Origin: the human T2T-CHM13v2.0 reference genome, Homo sapiens
DNA: 64,000 nt
Assembly: GCF_009914755.1 (NCBI RefSeq)
Contig: NC_060941.1
Reading direction: 5' to 3' (one strand)
The position numbers and the translations under genes were made by a program. Below, piece by piece: positions 31,870-61,360 of the stretch. The notes beneath the pieces were generated by a model. The model made no database searches and was not told where the DNA came from. It was given only the letters and a program-made list of their open reading frames with translations. Every line of letters begins with the position of its first letter. Within the stretch, counting starts at the first letter, position 1.

Positions 31870-32359
31870 GATCAGTACTGCTAATTCCACAATCCTGAGT
31901 GTATGTCTATCACCTGAACAGCTTTTATAAAAAATACAGATTCCTCACTCCTACAGAATCAGAATCCTCAAGGACGAGAGAGGGGCACTTCGAATCAACA
32001 TTTTTAAAGGTCTCCAGGTCACTGTGAAAGATAGCCAGATTTGGAAACCACTGGGCTATATCAGACACTGGCAAACTATGGCCATGGGTCAAATGTAGCC
32101 TGCCACCTGTTTTTGTATGACCCATGAGCTAAGAATGGTTTTTACATTTTTTTAATGGCTGAAAAAAAAAATAAGAGAATATTTGATGACATGAAAATTA
32201 TATGAAATATAAATTTCAGTTTCCATAAATAAAATTCTGTTGAAACACAGCCACCCTCATTTGTTTACATATTGTCAGTGGCTGCTTTCCCCCTACAAAG
32301 GCAGAGCTGAGTAGCTGCAGCAGAGGGCACATGGCCCACAAAGCCTAAAATATTTTATT

Positions 32360-32402
<43 letters not shown>

Positions 32403-32712
32403 TTTTGAGATGGAGTCTCGCTCTGTCACCCAGGCTGGAGTGCAGTGGCGCGATCTCGGCTCACTCTAAGCTCCGCTTCCCGGGTTCACGCCATTCTCCT
32501 GCCTCAGCCTCCTGAGCAGCTGGGACTACAGGCGCCTGCCACTACGCCTGGCTAATTTTTTGTATTCTTTTAGTAGAGATGGGGTTTCACCGTGTTGACC
32601 AGGATGGTCTCGATCTCCTGACCTCCTGATCCGCCCGCCTCGGTCTCCCAAAGTAGCCTAAAATATTTACTATCCAGATCGTTACAGAAAAAAAATGTCT
32701 GCTGATACCTGG
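31870..32712. mobile_element. MER5A-like (~31870-32055) and MER33-like (~32062-32712) hAT fossils; the latter is split by a reverse AluY (32357-32655) with a (TTTA)n tail
   Basis: CAGAATCAGAATC...TTTGGAAACCACTG; GGCAAACTATGGCC...GAGCTAAGAATGGTTTTTACATTTT; Alu TSD AGCCTAAAATATTT. Confidence 0.8.
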
Positions 32713-33386
32713 GCTAAATAATCTACAACGCTGGTGTCTCAAAAGATGTTTCTTCCTGCACCGCACTTCAGAGCTACCACACACGTGTACTGGAAACAGT
32801 CACGATTCTCATGAGCTAAGAGGTGAAGATGGGTAGTGATGAAGAGTATGGTTTAAAAGACCGCCCTCCACCACCAGAATATTCTGATATCCACCCACTT
32901 CTCACCACCACAGGAGAAGCACCAATTTTCAGTATTTCTCCCAATGCTAAGAGCCCACAAATGCATAATTCTAAGTAAATATAACTTTTCTTGCCAGCTT
33001 CTGTGTAAGCACCATCCCATTCTATGATAGCACAAGTGACACCAAATGCCAAAGACTCCTGCTCTCGGACAGTCACACACTCCAAAGGCTACAGAGAAAT
33101 ATAAATGGGACTCTCCAGGTTTCCACCTGCAGGGTAGAAACAGAACACACCCAAGCCCAACGGAGACTTCACTTAGGCCAGAGGGCTCCTGGACGTTTCC
33201 CAAAACATCCCTATCAAAGGAAAGTGCCAGATTAAGATTTATGAATCCCTATGCTGTGGTGTGACAATCTGTAACAACCAACTCAAATGTGCCACCAGCT
33301 TAGCATCTCCAGGTACACAGAAAAAGAGAAAGAAAGTTCAGCCAAAGGGCAACACTGTTGCTCTGACTGAGTTACTTTCTGAATGA

Positions 33387-33881
<495 letters not shown>

Positions 33882-34369
33882 ATCAAACCCATCTTATAAA
33901 TCAACAGGTTGACACAGCGTAAGAGGGATGGTGAAGACTTCCTCACACATGGACCCATACATTTATTCATTCAACAAAAACCTACTGGGCACATTTTATG
34001 TACAAAGCACAGTGCACAAGCTGTGAACAAGGCAGAGATAATCCTTGCTCTATGGGTAACACAGACAATTATGAAGTGCCATGACTGGGGAAGGCTAGGA
34101 TGCTGTGGAAATATACAGAAGCAGCACCAGAGATATCCTCTCAGAGGAAAAGACCTTTGAGTTGAAAAGTGAGGGTTGAAGAAACAGTTGGTTTTGGAGA
34201 GGAGAGGGAGTCACGTCCTGGTGTGTCTTAAGCAAAGGGAACAACATATATGATGTTCTCAAAAGTGGTACATTGTAGACTGGCATGGCTAGATGATTGA
34301 TTCTGTAAGAAAGTCTGGAGAAGTGGGCAGGGCATGTTGGACAGGTCCTTGTTAAAGAATGTGATCTTC

Positions 34370-35468
<1,099 letters not shown>

Positions 35469-35729
35469 AGAAAACTTAGGGTTTTTTTGAGGGGTGAGGG
35501 GTTGGGTGGAGTCAAGTGTGTGGAGGTGAGGAGACCAGGTAAAAGGTTGTTGTTGCAATCATCCACTGGCAATGGAAACACAGAGGGAGGGAAGATGTGA
35601 AGATTGTCATTCCACACTTGGACAATCATGAGCCCTGTCTTTAAGTCTCAGTGGTTCTAGTTCCAAGTAACTTAATTTACAGACTAGCGGTGGTGCAGAA
35701 CCAAGCATGAGTATTTTAAAAAGACTAAA

Positions 35730-38948
<3,219 letters not shown>

Positions 38949-39954
38949 TCAAGGAATATGTGTGCATTCGCACACTAATAAAGGGACTGTGCACAGTCCA
39001 GAAAAATATTTGAAAATATAACCTCTCTACCTACCTAACGCCATACAGGAAAACCCCTGAATCTCTCAGGAAAGGGAGGAGCACGAACTAATCTAAGAAC
39101 CCAAAGGAGAACGAAGCTTCAGTTTAAGATAGATGTGGTCACAAAGACGGTTTCACAAACCACTCTGCTGTGGTTATTTGCCATAAAGCAAATAACCAGC
39201 ACACAGGGAGCTTTGGCTACCTTGTGCGAGCTTCAGATTTAAGCAAGGCACCAAATAAGGGAAGGATTCTGGCGCATCAACTCCCAGGAAAAGTGTTTCA
39301 AGTTAAAAATGGTCATTCAGGTTTGGATGTGAACTTCTGTATCTGCTCTTTATCAACAGAGGCAACTCTACCTCCCTGGCAGCTAGCAGCAGAAAAAGAA
39401 GAAAACTGTTAGAATACAAATGGATTACACAAAGACAACAACATGGCCTGCTACAGCCTGGCATTCGCCTTGACACTAAAAACAAGGCTAGAAACACGCA
39501 TTGCAGATCTTCTGGGATTCCACATCTGAGCTGAACCAAGCATGTCCAGGAGAAGGCAGGCCATGATGTCACTTTCCCCCCCCACAGCCAGATGCTTCAA
39601 GATGAAGGCTGTAAACCACAGCACTGTTGGTGAGAGACTCAGTTTCACTGTGACTGGAGGCAAGGCCTGCTTCCAGCTAGTTTTTTTGGTCAATCAAATC
39701 TTTTCTGTGCTGGTTCCCAGACCCAAACTCTGTAGTTCAAAAGTCAAAGCAAACACCTCAAATCTTTTATCTTTGATCCAATTCTTTATCTTCCAAATTC
39801 TCTCTTCGTCCTCTGTCTCTGAACAATGAAAATCAATCTTAACAAGGATCCACAAAGCAAGGAAAACATGGGCATTAACTTCTTCCTAATTTATTTAAAA
39901 TGCTCTGTCACTGCTATCATTAAACGTATAGAAAAAAATTTGAGTTTAGAGTTA

Positions 39955-40621
<667 letters not shown>

Positions 40622-43600
40622 TTATACAAGTATGCTTACATTGTCACAATTTATCACCTGTATGGCTCTGTTATGTGCACTTTTCTGTGTATATATATTT
40701 TTGGAAGATTTCTTTTAACTCTGCAATAATTTTTTAAATTGCCACAACTTTTTCTACTAGTCCACAAAAAGCCTTTGTTTCACAGCCAATAAATACCCTT
40801 TGCCCCATATGTCCTAATCCCCACCATTATTCTAACTCTGAGGTGGTAGACATGCGGATGACTGGTGCTATAATAAACAACTTTCTGCTACCCCTCGGTG
40901 GACAAAGCTGTGCAGATGTGTTGATGGTGTATGCTATATCCCCAGTGTACGGATGTAAAGACAAGGAAAGAGATTAAAAAATCTGTTCATGCAAACAAAA
41001 AGAAATTTAGGAATGCAACCCATAAGATCTCACTCCTGGTCTGCAGTGACCACAAGTGACAGCTTCCTAGGAGCACGAAGGGCACTATTAGTGCCTTATT
41101 CAACCTTTTGACATATGTCACTTGCAAGTATTTCAAAAGCCATAGAGTTTTATAGATCTGTCCAGAAGTCTAAAGGAAAACCTGCCAAAGACATTCCTCA
41201 GAAGAGAATGTCAAATGTGTTAACATAGTTTGCTTGACAAATTAGGACCTAGCATCTCAGAGATTTGTGGCACAAGTAAACTCAAAATCTCAATAGCAAG
41301 AATAAGGTTTTAGCATCTTTATCAAGAAAAAAAATCCCAGAAAAATGTAAATCCATAGCGAGTATTATCACAATTCCTCTTTCCCATACGCATCAGGAGC
41401 TGCAGTCCTACTGTGTGTGTGAAAGTCAAGAATAGGACTTAGTGCCAATGATTACAACACAAAGCATAACTTATTCCTAAGCCAAGCTGGGCTTGGCTCA
41501 GAAAGCTTCCCAGAATGATGGAAGGCATGACTTTAGAGTGAGTCAACCTTTGCTAATACATAAAATAAAGCAGAGAAAGAACTATTTGAAGGATTCACTT
41601 CTAAGCTTGAGCCAAATCAAAAGCTCAAATCTATCTACATTGTGATGAATCTTCAGTTCCAACTGAGTGATTAGACAGCACCAATGTGGACATCTGTACC
41701 ATGGCCCAAGACATTATAATGACAGAATCTTGGCTGGGAATCTCAGAAGCAACCATTCCTTGCAGTTTCGAACCATGCTATGTTTTTATCCATGTTGTTC
41801 CTTCTGCCAGAAAAGTCAGCTGACCACATCTACCTAAAATACTTCTTTGACTTGCAAAATTAAGGACAAAGATTACCTTTCTAGGTCGCTCTACCTGTTC
41901 ACCCTGAGTTAATCTCTTTTACCTCTGTCCAGTGTATATATTTCTATTATTACATTTATAACACTTTATTGCAAGTATTTATTTACATATCCTTTTTTCT
42001 TACTAGACTGTGTTTTTGAGGGAAGGACCAACATCGCTTACTTTTCTGTGTGCAGTACCTAGAATAACAATATATAAAGGTGCTCCATGAATATTTATGG
42101 AAATGACCTGAATTGGGACAGGGAAAAACTTGATTTCCTCAGAGACTACTAGCTGGCCTCAGAGGAGGTTTTACAGCAAAATGGGCAAGTGAAAAGAGAA
42201 AAAATATCTATATAAAACTTTGAAGCCACTTATTTTAGGCAACATACAAAGGTATATACTATACTGTAAGATAAAATAGATAAAAACAAGAAAGAGAAGC
42301 CAAAGAGAAAAAGATAAAGAGGTCACCAAACAGTAAGGTCACGACCGAAGATAAACGCCCTTTACACTTACTAAAGGAAGTTTGGCTACAACCTCTGGAA
42401 CAATTAAAATAGAGAATCATTCTGGGTTAAAAATTCACAAATTTGCTATTATAACAATCTTACAAATGTGCATGAGGTTGAAGAAACCCATTTTCTACTA
42501 AGAGCAGAAATTTCTTCCACAGGCTTCCACAAAGACACCACGCAACACAAACAGCAATCCTTCTCTAGGTCTCTTTTTTATGTATCTTCATAGAGGCTGA
42601 TGACACACTCAAGTACAAATCAGTAAAAGCAGTACTACTAGTAACCAATGTTACCTAGTTACATAGCTCTCTGATGGTTCTAAGCATGAACGACACGGAA
42701 AAAACAGTAGCAGGAGAGGTGCCTAGTGATTTCTATAATAAATGCTCAACAAATTTTGGATCAGAAGATGGAAGACAACTCAAAAAACCACTTAAGCTCT
42801 TAAAAATAAAAATGTGTGGTTAATACATTTTATAGGAACCAAAACATCAGAAAGACAGAGGGTACAGATAGTATTTTAAATTCTTTCTGGTCTAGAGAGT
42901 CTATCCACTCATACTAGGGAGAAAAAAAAGAGCACAGTTCACTTCAATACTAAATATTTATGAGTAAAGTGAAAGGCTTCCAAGAGGGGAAGAACCTGGA
43001 GTTTCCCCCTGGAGTCAAACAAACAGCCCGCAGACTGGGGAAGGATCACGAGCCAAGAAAACAACGATTTCATATTCTCTATCTTAGCTCAAATACATCA
43101 GATCTAAGATGTTGAAAAGAGGGTAGAGAGATGAAATTCTGGCACCTTTAAGAGCAAAGAGGGATTTTACAGAATGATCAAACTATGGATACAGCTCCCC
43201 AAGAGAACAGTCAGAAACAAAAACCAATATAGGAAGTTGGTGAGAAACGCAACACGGGAAAAACATAAAGGGTAGTGCAGTCTTACCCCACATAACAGGC
43301 AGTGTGTTACTATATAAAGTGAGCTGCTCCTTCCTATAGCAGCTGCAGATTGAACAAGGATCCAATGTACAGGTCTCATTCTTATTTGGAAGGCTCTTCA
43401 CAGACCACAAGCTGGATCCTAAGGGACGATTTATAGTACCCCCTCACGTACATTCCAGTTGGCTGGAACTCAGCAGCTGATTGCTCCCTTGTCTAACTTG
43501 GCAAGGAGCCAAAGGAGGACTTTTCTCAGTCAACTCTCCCAAGCTGGAAAATTCTCTAATGCCAGAGTTCTGGCTTAAGTCGGGATATCAGGTTATTCAT

Positions 43601-43839
43601 GAGATGCCAAAACTACATCTTTACATTGGCTTTGAACAAGTCCCTCAAGTACACCATACAGATTCCCACAGACCTCAAAATCATCTGGATATTAAGGCCA
43701 AAGATGGCTACTCCATCTCTCACATAGAGAGGAATGTGCTTTTCACAACACCAGCAACATCAAAACAAACCTTTCATAAATCACAAATCAATCTCAATTC
43801 TTAAAATAGGTGTCAAGCAACAAACGCAACATTAAATTA

Positions 43840-45012
<1,173 letters not shown>

Positions 45013-45159
45013 TAGGGTATTACCTGAATCATTAGTCTGTTTATATTAATTTAGAGATGCTGGTTAAAATAAAGTGTGATGGAGTATGCTATAAACAACA
45101 CCAATAATGCATATGACAATCTTAAAGAATGAAATATGAACTTCAGAACTTAGCCTTAC

Positions 45160-45580
45160 CACCTAAGAACTGGTGCATGTGTTGGGCTTCTAATCACCTC
45201 TCATTCTCGTCCCCTGTGCATTTCAGGTGCTTTAGGTTTTCTTCTGAATGTTCATTTTCAAACACTTTACCAGGAAGAGCACAGAAATGCCTTTCCCCCC
45301 TCTTCAGGATCTAGTACTTTCTGTTCACCATGCGTGCCACTCAAAGTCTTTTACAATTATTGCTGTTAACATCTTCTAAAATGTCTAAACCAAACCAAGG
45401 CCTGGAAATTCTGACGGGTATCTGGGTCCTGACTTTCCGGATGGTAACTAAAGGTCACGTGGGGTGGAAAGTGGCCTGTGGGTAACACAGAATATACACA
45501 CGCACGCGAACAGGATATGCTGGTAATCCGGCTTCCTGAGACCTGGTGAGTTTTGAGAGTTCTCATCAACACTCTCGGGG
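45160..45580 (-). promoter_or_regulatory. Candidate internal promoter / alternative first exon of SMG6
   Basis: Local CpG retention; ETS (TTCCGG 45435-45440), E-box GTCACGTG 45454-45461, RFX-like GGTAAC; minus-strand donor GTG|GTAAGG at 45159. Confidence 0.45.
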
Positions 45581-46442
45581 AGGATGAAAAACCTTAAGCT
45601 GGGAAATGGCAGATTTTAAGCAAGTGCTCATTGTTAGATCTCTGTCTACAGCAGAATGGGAAGGTACACCATTTACTCCTCTATATTTTATTTGCCTAAA
45701 AACACAATACACAAAAAATAAACAAAGTGACTACTGAGAGAGGTTTCTTCAGTGTGGAAGCTGGCGTTTGCAGCATGGCTTATGTCACGTCTCAACCCCA
45801 GAAAGATGAAGAGTGTGGTTTTGGTGTTTAACCAGCCTCAGCAGCACCCTGGCACTCTGTTTCTTCCCCCAGAGAACTCTGCTCTGTTAGAGGAAAGAAA
45901 CCAACCTCACATATTGAAACAAAACGGATAGGATAAAAATAAAGCCCTGAAGTGGTTTGGTGACCGAGGTCATTTGGGGCATTAAGGGTTTATAGGTAGG
46001 GCTGATGTACTTTGAGAAACTTGCACTCACTACCAACCACAAAGACATTAGCCTTACAGTCCAGCAGTGATCTGGACAAAGCAGCCCCAATCCTTGCCTA
46101 CCAGGGGCTGCTCCTTGCAACCCACCTCACATTATCAACATCTGAAAAACCCGGTTCTGGTTCTGACCTTCTTTGAGGATCCCACTAAGCTGTTTCTCAT
46201 GGCCTAAGAAAAAGAAAACCAATCTGCTTCTTCCCACAGAAAGAGGCTCTAATGAACTGCTGTCATCACGTGCTGCCAAACTGCAGTTCACACACTTTTC
46301 AAATAGCTTCCAGAGTGAAGAGTACAGCCTGAGGTACATATTGCAAACTACTTTACAAAAGCATAGGACTAATTAAAGACATGAAGTCAACTCACAAAAA
46401 CCCTAAAAAATTTTCTGATGCCCACCTTACAGATACTGAATC

Positions 46443-47433
<991 letters not shown>

Positions 47434-47717
47434 TAAAAGCTTTTTCTAAGCTTCATAATGGGTACTGGCTCTCAAACTATAAACCTAAAGCCTCATGATA
47501 CAACTCTAGGAATTAGAACTCATTCCAACAGAAAGCAAGTCACCTTGTCTAAGGAAACCTTATAAAACCATGATCTGATCTATAATTGTTTTGCGGGGAG
47601 GGTGGAGGAATTAGATGTGTACCACTCATACACAGCAGCTTTCACAGCAGCAGCAGCTCAGGTGCACAAACTACGCAAGGGGCACTGAAAAGACAAATGA
47701 TGAGTCTAAAGAAAATA

Positions 47718-48679
<962 letters not shown>

Positions 48680-49109
48680 CTATACATTAAAAAAAAAAAA
48701 ATAGCCCTCAAGCAAATACAACAAGTTGAGCATGTGGTGAACGTTCTGTGCTACAGGCCACCTGGCCTGGGTTTTCCACAGGGAAGCCATGCTCCTTTGC
48801 TAACCAACTTTCACTTTGCTGGTCTACTGATTAAATGCAAAAAGAAAATATACTATCCAACTTTGTGTAGCCACGTATTCCAACTCAGAAAGAAAACTGT
48901 CCTTCTCAACTTTCAATAGCACCTCTAAGAAAATCACGAGAGATTTGGGAAGAGGCAGCATGCAAAATTCCAAGCAGAAACTATGAGCTCCAGCCCTAGG
49001 GAAACAAGGTTATCACTGTCATCATCTTACAGATAGAAAACTAAAGCTCAGCCAGGTTACAGAACATGCCCAAAGTCTCGCAGCTAATATCTGATAAAAG
49101 TAGGACTTC

Positions 49110-50987
<1,878 letters not shown>

Positions 50988-51659
50988 TTAAAAAGAAAAA
51001 AGGCTTTGCCCTACTTAACCCAAACCACTGGCAATTTCCTCCAACTACCAAGACACAGAGAGACACTAGCATGTTTGAGTTCAAAATGCCTAAGTGCATT
51101 GTCTAAAAGAATAGCCCTTCAACTTTTTAAGTCAGCAAACTGTGGGGTAAAAGATTCAGTCAATCTCCACCCTACCAAATTTAATGGATAGAATAGTGCT
51201 GCTTTTGCTCAATTAACAATGCAGACATGACAAGTAAACAGTGAGAAATTCCAGAAACAAATTATTATTTCCAGAATCCTAAGGTATCTTATGGGAGATC
51301 AGCCCCCTGACTACCTCCCAAGTGCACACCATGGCACCAAACTAGAATGTGGCTCTGGCAGAAGGCTCAGCCTCCTCTCTACCCTCCAACTTTCTCACAT
51401 TGGCCTCCAAATTACCACAGATTTAGGTGCCCTGTGAGCCCTCTGCTGTTTCACACCTTCTCTGTCTTTGCTCATGCTATTACTTCTATTTGGAACACTC
51501 TCTTCCCACTCTGCCCAGTTAACTTTTCCAGGAAGCCTTCTGAATTCACTTTCCTCTCTCCTCACCCCAAACCATGCCTCTGCCAGGGCTGGACCAAGAG
51601 CCTCTCTCTGTGCTTCCACAGTACCCAATACATACCTCCCTCCTGGCACCCACCACAAT

Positions 51660-53216
<1,557 letters not shown>

Positions 53217-53255
53217 TTACTGTATTCTATTTATGTAACCATTTCTTCCACTGGA

Positions 53256-53472
53256 ACAGAAGTTGGCAAACTAGGCCCACAGGCCAAATTCAATCCACCA
53301 TCTGTCTTTGTAAATAAAGTTTTAATGGAATACAGTCATGCTCATTCATTTACATATTGTCCATGGCTACTTTGGTGGTACAACAGTAAAGGTGAGTGGT
53401 GGCAACAAAGAACATATGGCCTATAAAGTAATTTACTATCTGGCCCTTCATAGAAAAAGTTTGCTGACCTAT
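53256..53472. mobile_element. MER58A-like hAT fossil
   Basis: TTGGCAAACT...GTAAATAAAGTTTTA...TTTACTATCTGGCCCTT...AGTTTGCTGACC. Confidence 0.8.
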
Positions 53473-54068
53473 ACACTAGACTACACAATCAGAGAAAGTA
53501 ACAATAGTGTATTCATCTTTACAATCCTAGCACAAAACTGGCACAACAGAACAGGTAAACTTTAGTCTACTTAAGCACTGAGCCCAGAACATGGTCTTCT
53601 ACTCCAAAAACTCAGGGGCAACTGCATTAAATTCTCCAGACCTGAACAAGTCCTGAAAAAAGACATTATGCAAATAAATAAAATAGATAATGATATGTAA
53701 CAGAAGGAAGAAGAGCAAAAGGAGAGAGAACAAGGTAAACAAAATCATTTGTTGGGTGAAGATAGAGAAAAAGGAAAACAGACAGACACGTATTACATTC
53801 TATTTGGATAACAGAGATTAGGAGCTTCTATGGTACAGTCCAGACTGAACCACAAAACATTCAAAGAGGCCAAGGAGAAGGAAGGTTTGACAAGAGCTTG
53901 GCCAAATATACAATGGCATTTCTCTTGTCTAAAGACATTATTTGCTACAATCAGCACCAAGCATGTTGCAGGAATAGTCACAGTGGCTTGGAGAAAATGC
54001 TGGCAATGGTAAACCAAATCATTCCAGGGCAGGAAGACTCACTCAAGTTTCAGAGACAAACACCTATT

Positions 54069-54660
54069 GGCCACATGCAGTGGCTCAGACCTGTATTCCT
54101 AACACTTTGGAAGGCTGAGGTGGGAGGACTGCTTGAGCCTAGGAGTTTGAGACCATCCCAGGCAACATAGCAAGACCTTATCTCCACATATTTAGCAAAG
54201 CATAATGGATGGAATAAGCATAAAAAAGCATGGGCAAAAAAAAAAAAAAAAATAGGCGTGAGCATAAAAAAGGTAGAAACCTAATTATGTAGGTTCCTAT
54301 CTTTTTAATTATGTCACTGAGGAAGTGTTTTAAGGGTTGTGCTCCTTCCTACATATATAAAGAATACGAGCCGGGCATGGTGGCTGACGCCTGTCATCCC
54401 AGCACTTTGGCAGGCCAAGGTGGGTGGATCACTTGAGGTCAGGAGTTCAATACCAGCCTGGCCAACATGGTGAAACCCCATCTCTACTAACAATACAAAA
54501 ATCAGCTGGGCATGGTGGTGCGTGCCTGTAATCCCAGTCACTCAGGAGGCTGAGGCTGGAAGATCACTTGAACTCAGGAGGTGGCGGCTGCAGTGAGCTG
54601 AGATCACGCCGCTGCACTCCAGCCTGGGAGACAGAGCGAGACTCTGTCACAAAACAAAAC
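54069..54660 (+). mobile_element. Alu left monomer 54069-54190 and AluS 54369-54660
   Basis: Read directly. Confidence 0.88.
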
Positions 54661-55331
54661 AAAATTAAAATAAGTCTATCAGTCTATCATCTATCAACCA
54701 CTCCCAATCCTATATGCTTTCTTCCCCAGCAGACAGACATGTATTACATTCTATTCAAGATGCTGATAACAAAACAATCAGATCTAAAAAATCCTCAGCA
54801 GTTCTATCAGAGACCCTTGCTTTTCAGTGTGAAAATGATTTCTGATGCTGTAATTTAATATCCTTAACTCCCTGACTGTCAGCAACAACCCAGTTGACAA
54901 GCAGTACCCCGTTTCTAAAGGGAGACGAAGAACAGCAGAAGATATAGCCACTAAATAACAAATGCCCAGAACCCTGGCAACGTGGATTTGGAGGGTCCTG
55001 GCTGGCAGGTGGAAGAGTTGAAATGTGAATCTCAATAGGATGCTACTTGCAGTTGAGGCTGGCAATCCCTCCCCAGGCTGGATGTTCAACCCAAACCACA
55101 TCTCAAGACTAAAAACCAACAACCCACAAGCTAACCTCCTGCAACCATTCAGAGAGAGAAAGATCCAAAGCAAATGCTTGGCAGAGAACAGACTAGTTGG
55201 GATGTTACCACTGTTACTAACAACCACCTGAAGCCAAACTTTCTGTTTACTCATGGATCTAAATTTAAGCAGTCTGTATTAGAAATTCTCTAGGAGTTGT
55301 CAAAGGAACAATTCCAATTAAGGCTAATCAC

Positions 55332-56897
<1,566 letters not shown>

Positions 56898-56983
56898 ATT
56901 TATGTTCAAATAATAATTTTAAAAAGTAAGTTGCAGATTGTTATACATAGTACTATCCTCCTTTTTGTTAAAAAATGTATTTC

Positions 56984-57761
<778 letters not shown>

Positions 57762-57869
57762 TGAATTGTTATTAGTTATGCAACTTGAAAAGTTCCTTTT
57801 AAAACAAAATAAATTTGTTCCAGTACTGGAAGTATTGGAACGAGTGATCATTATAGAAATCCAATTATA

Positions 57870-59330
57870 TCATCCCTCTGCTTAAAATCCTTAGTACCTA
57901 AATGACTAATGTTTGACGTGACAGACATTCTAAATACCGATTTGATCATTACACATTCTGTGCACGTATAAAAATATCACATGTAGCCCATAAATATGTA
58001 CAATTATTATATATCAATTTTTAAACATGACCAACACAACTCCAAAAAAATTAAAAGCCCTCAATACCTGACAGCCAAACTTCAAAATATTTATGAAGGA
58101 CCTGGCCCCTGCTATCTTCTCTAGCCTCATCCCTCGCTGCCCTTCCCCTCATTCGCGTATCAACTAAGATTTATTTAGAATCTTCCATATGCAGACACTG
58201 GGGACAAAGAAGTGAACACACTAGATATGACTCTACTCTCACAGGGCCTTCAATCTAGCAAGGGAAAGATCTGCACAAAACTACACTTAAAAGCACTTAA
58301 ACCAGAAATGTGGTTATTACAAAGGCGAAATGGCCAGTCTCAGGGATCAGGAAACGCTTCCTTGAAAACGTGACATTTAGGCTGAGACCTGAAGGGTAAG
58401 AAAGAAAGTGACTGATAAAGGCAGAAATACCAGTGAGAGGTAAGAGCGGTGCGGGCAGAGAGATGAACAACAGCCAGGAGCCAGAAAAGAGCTTGGATCC
58501 TTCAAGGAAGAAGCCAGTGTGGCTGGAATACAGTAACAAAGGAAGAAAAGTATGAAAAGTGTAAGATTTGAAGTAGCAGGAGCCAGATCATGAGGAGCCT
58601 AGTGGACTATGTCGAGGATTTTAGACCTGATTGTAAGAGCACACAGAAATAACTAAACACTTTCAAGAAGGCAGTGGCATGATCAGAAATGGATATTTGG
58701 AAGTTCATTCATTTGGGTTACTGTCTAAAATGAAAGGCCAGAAGAGGACCAGGAATAAATCTGAAAAGACCATTATGAACTTCTTTCCATAGTATATGGA
58801 TTACTGAAATGGTGATAGCTTGAACTACGATGGCAGCAATGAGAAAGGAGAGAAGTGGATGGCTTCAAGTTACGATTAGGAGGTGGACTCAACAGTATCC
58901 ACCTCCTAATACCAGGTGGTACTGACTGGATGTGGGGACAGAGGAAAGGAACATGTCAAGCACGACTCCAGTCGCTCACAGGAGAACTTCTCACACTCTA
59001 GACTCCAGCCATACTGAACTACTCGCAGTTCCTGAAGCCTCCATGCCTCATCCACATTTTCATGCCTCCAAGTAGAAATGCCTTTACGACATCTTTAAGC
59101 TGCAAAATGCGGCCTCGCCCCAGCCTTCCCTAACCATGACTGGATTAGGTGTTCCAACTGCATGCTCCCACGGCCTCTCATGCTTGCCTTTATCACAGTA
59201 CTTACCACACGGAACTATAATGACACACCTATGTCTTCCTCACGTGACCAAGTGCTCTTTGAGGTTAAAAATCATTTTTGGTTATTTTAATTTCTCTATC
59301 CTCAATGCTTACTTCTTATCAATGTGTGTG
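57870..59330. mobile_element. L1MA 3'-end fragment (~57905-58025) and L2 fragments in both orientations
   Basis: GATTTGATCATTACACATT...CCCATAAATATGTACAATT; L2 motifs GTGACATTTAGGCTGAGACCTGAAGG and GAGAAGTGGATGG. Confidence 0.7.
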
Positions 59331-59461
59331 TTCCAAGGAACAGAGAAAGCAAGCTAAGCTCTTGGGACCTACTGTGAGAGAAAAAAAAGAATATAGGAAG
59401 CTAACTTGGGCCTAAGAAAGCAGGTAAAAATGGCAGTGTGGTTTCCTGGATAGATAAATGA

Positions 59462-60648
<1,187 letters not shown>

Positions 60649-60649
60649 T

Positions 60650-61360
60650 TGACTCTTTCTTCTCCCTGAGCTCCCCACGTTCAACCAAGTCTTTTGGATT
60701 CTACTGTAATAATATGACTTGTGTCTGTTCACTTCTTCCCACCTCCAAAGCCATTTCTTGGTTCAAGTCTTTTTCATATCTCACTTGGAACTACCGCAGC
60801 ACCCTCCTTGTCTCCTATTTCTAGTCTTCCTCTTCTCCAAACATTTTACAAAGCGGCCAGGGTTTATTTCTGAAGAGCAGATGTTATTCCCCTATTTAAA
60901 GCATCCAATAGCTTCCTACTATTTTCAGGATAAAGGTCAAATAATTTATCATATGACCCTTCAACATCTAGCCCCAGCTTACACCACCCACTGGGTGAAT
61001 TTTACCCTTAAGGCGCAACGAACCAGCCACTGCAGTTTTCCACCTACCGTGCTCTCTCTCCCCCAGCCAGCCTCAGCCCTTTGCATATGCTATTTCCTTT
61101 GCCTGGGAATCACTTTACCACCTCCCTTTCCTTCTCAAGCTAACTCCTACTTGTTCTTTATACTTCAATTGACCAATGGCTGCTTTGGTCCCATGGCTAT
61201 GTGCTCTCATATACTGGGTGTGCACCCCAAAAACAGAAGTAATTACAATGTTAAGTCTCTTGCGTCCTCCACTAGAATGCACTGAGACAGCAAGAGATCT
61301 TGTTCACTGTTATCTTTAGTGACTGGCACACTGTCGATAATTACTTACTGAGTCAATGAA
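60650..61360 (-). mobile_element. L2 fragment
   Basis: CTTTGCATATGCTATTTCCTTTGCCTGGG, CTAACTCCTACTTGTTCTT, TTACTTACTGAGTCAATGAA. Confidence 0.65.

Noticed and set aside
60719-61285. 188-aa plus-strand ORF
   Set aside because: Lies in a decayed L2 fragment; chance ORF.
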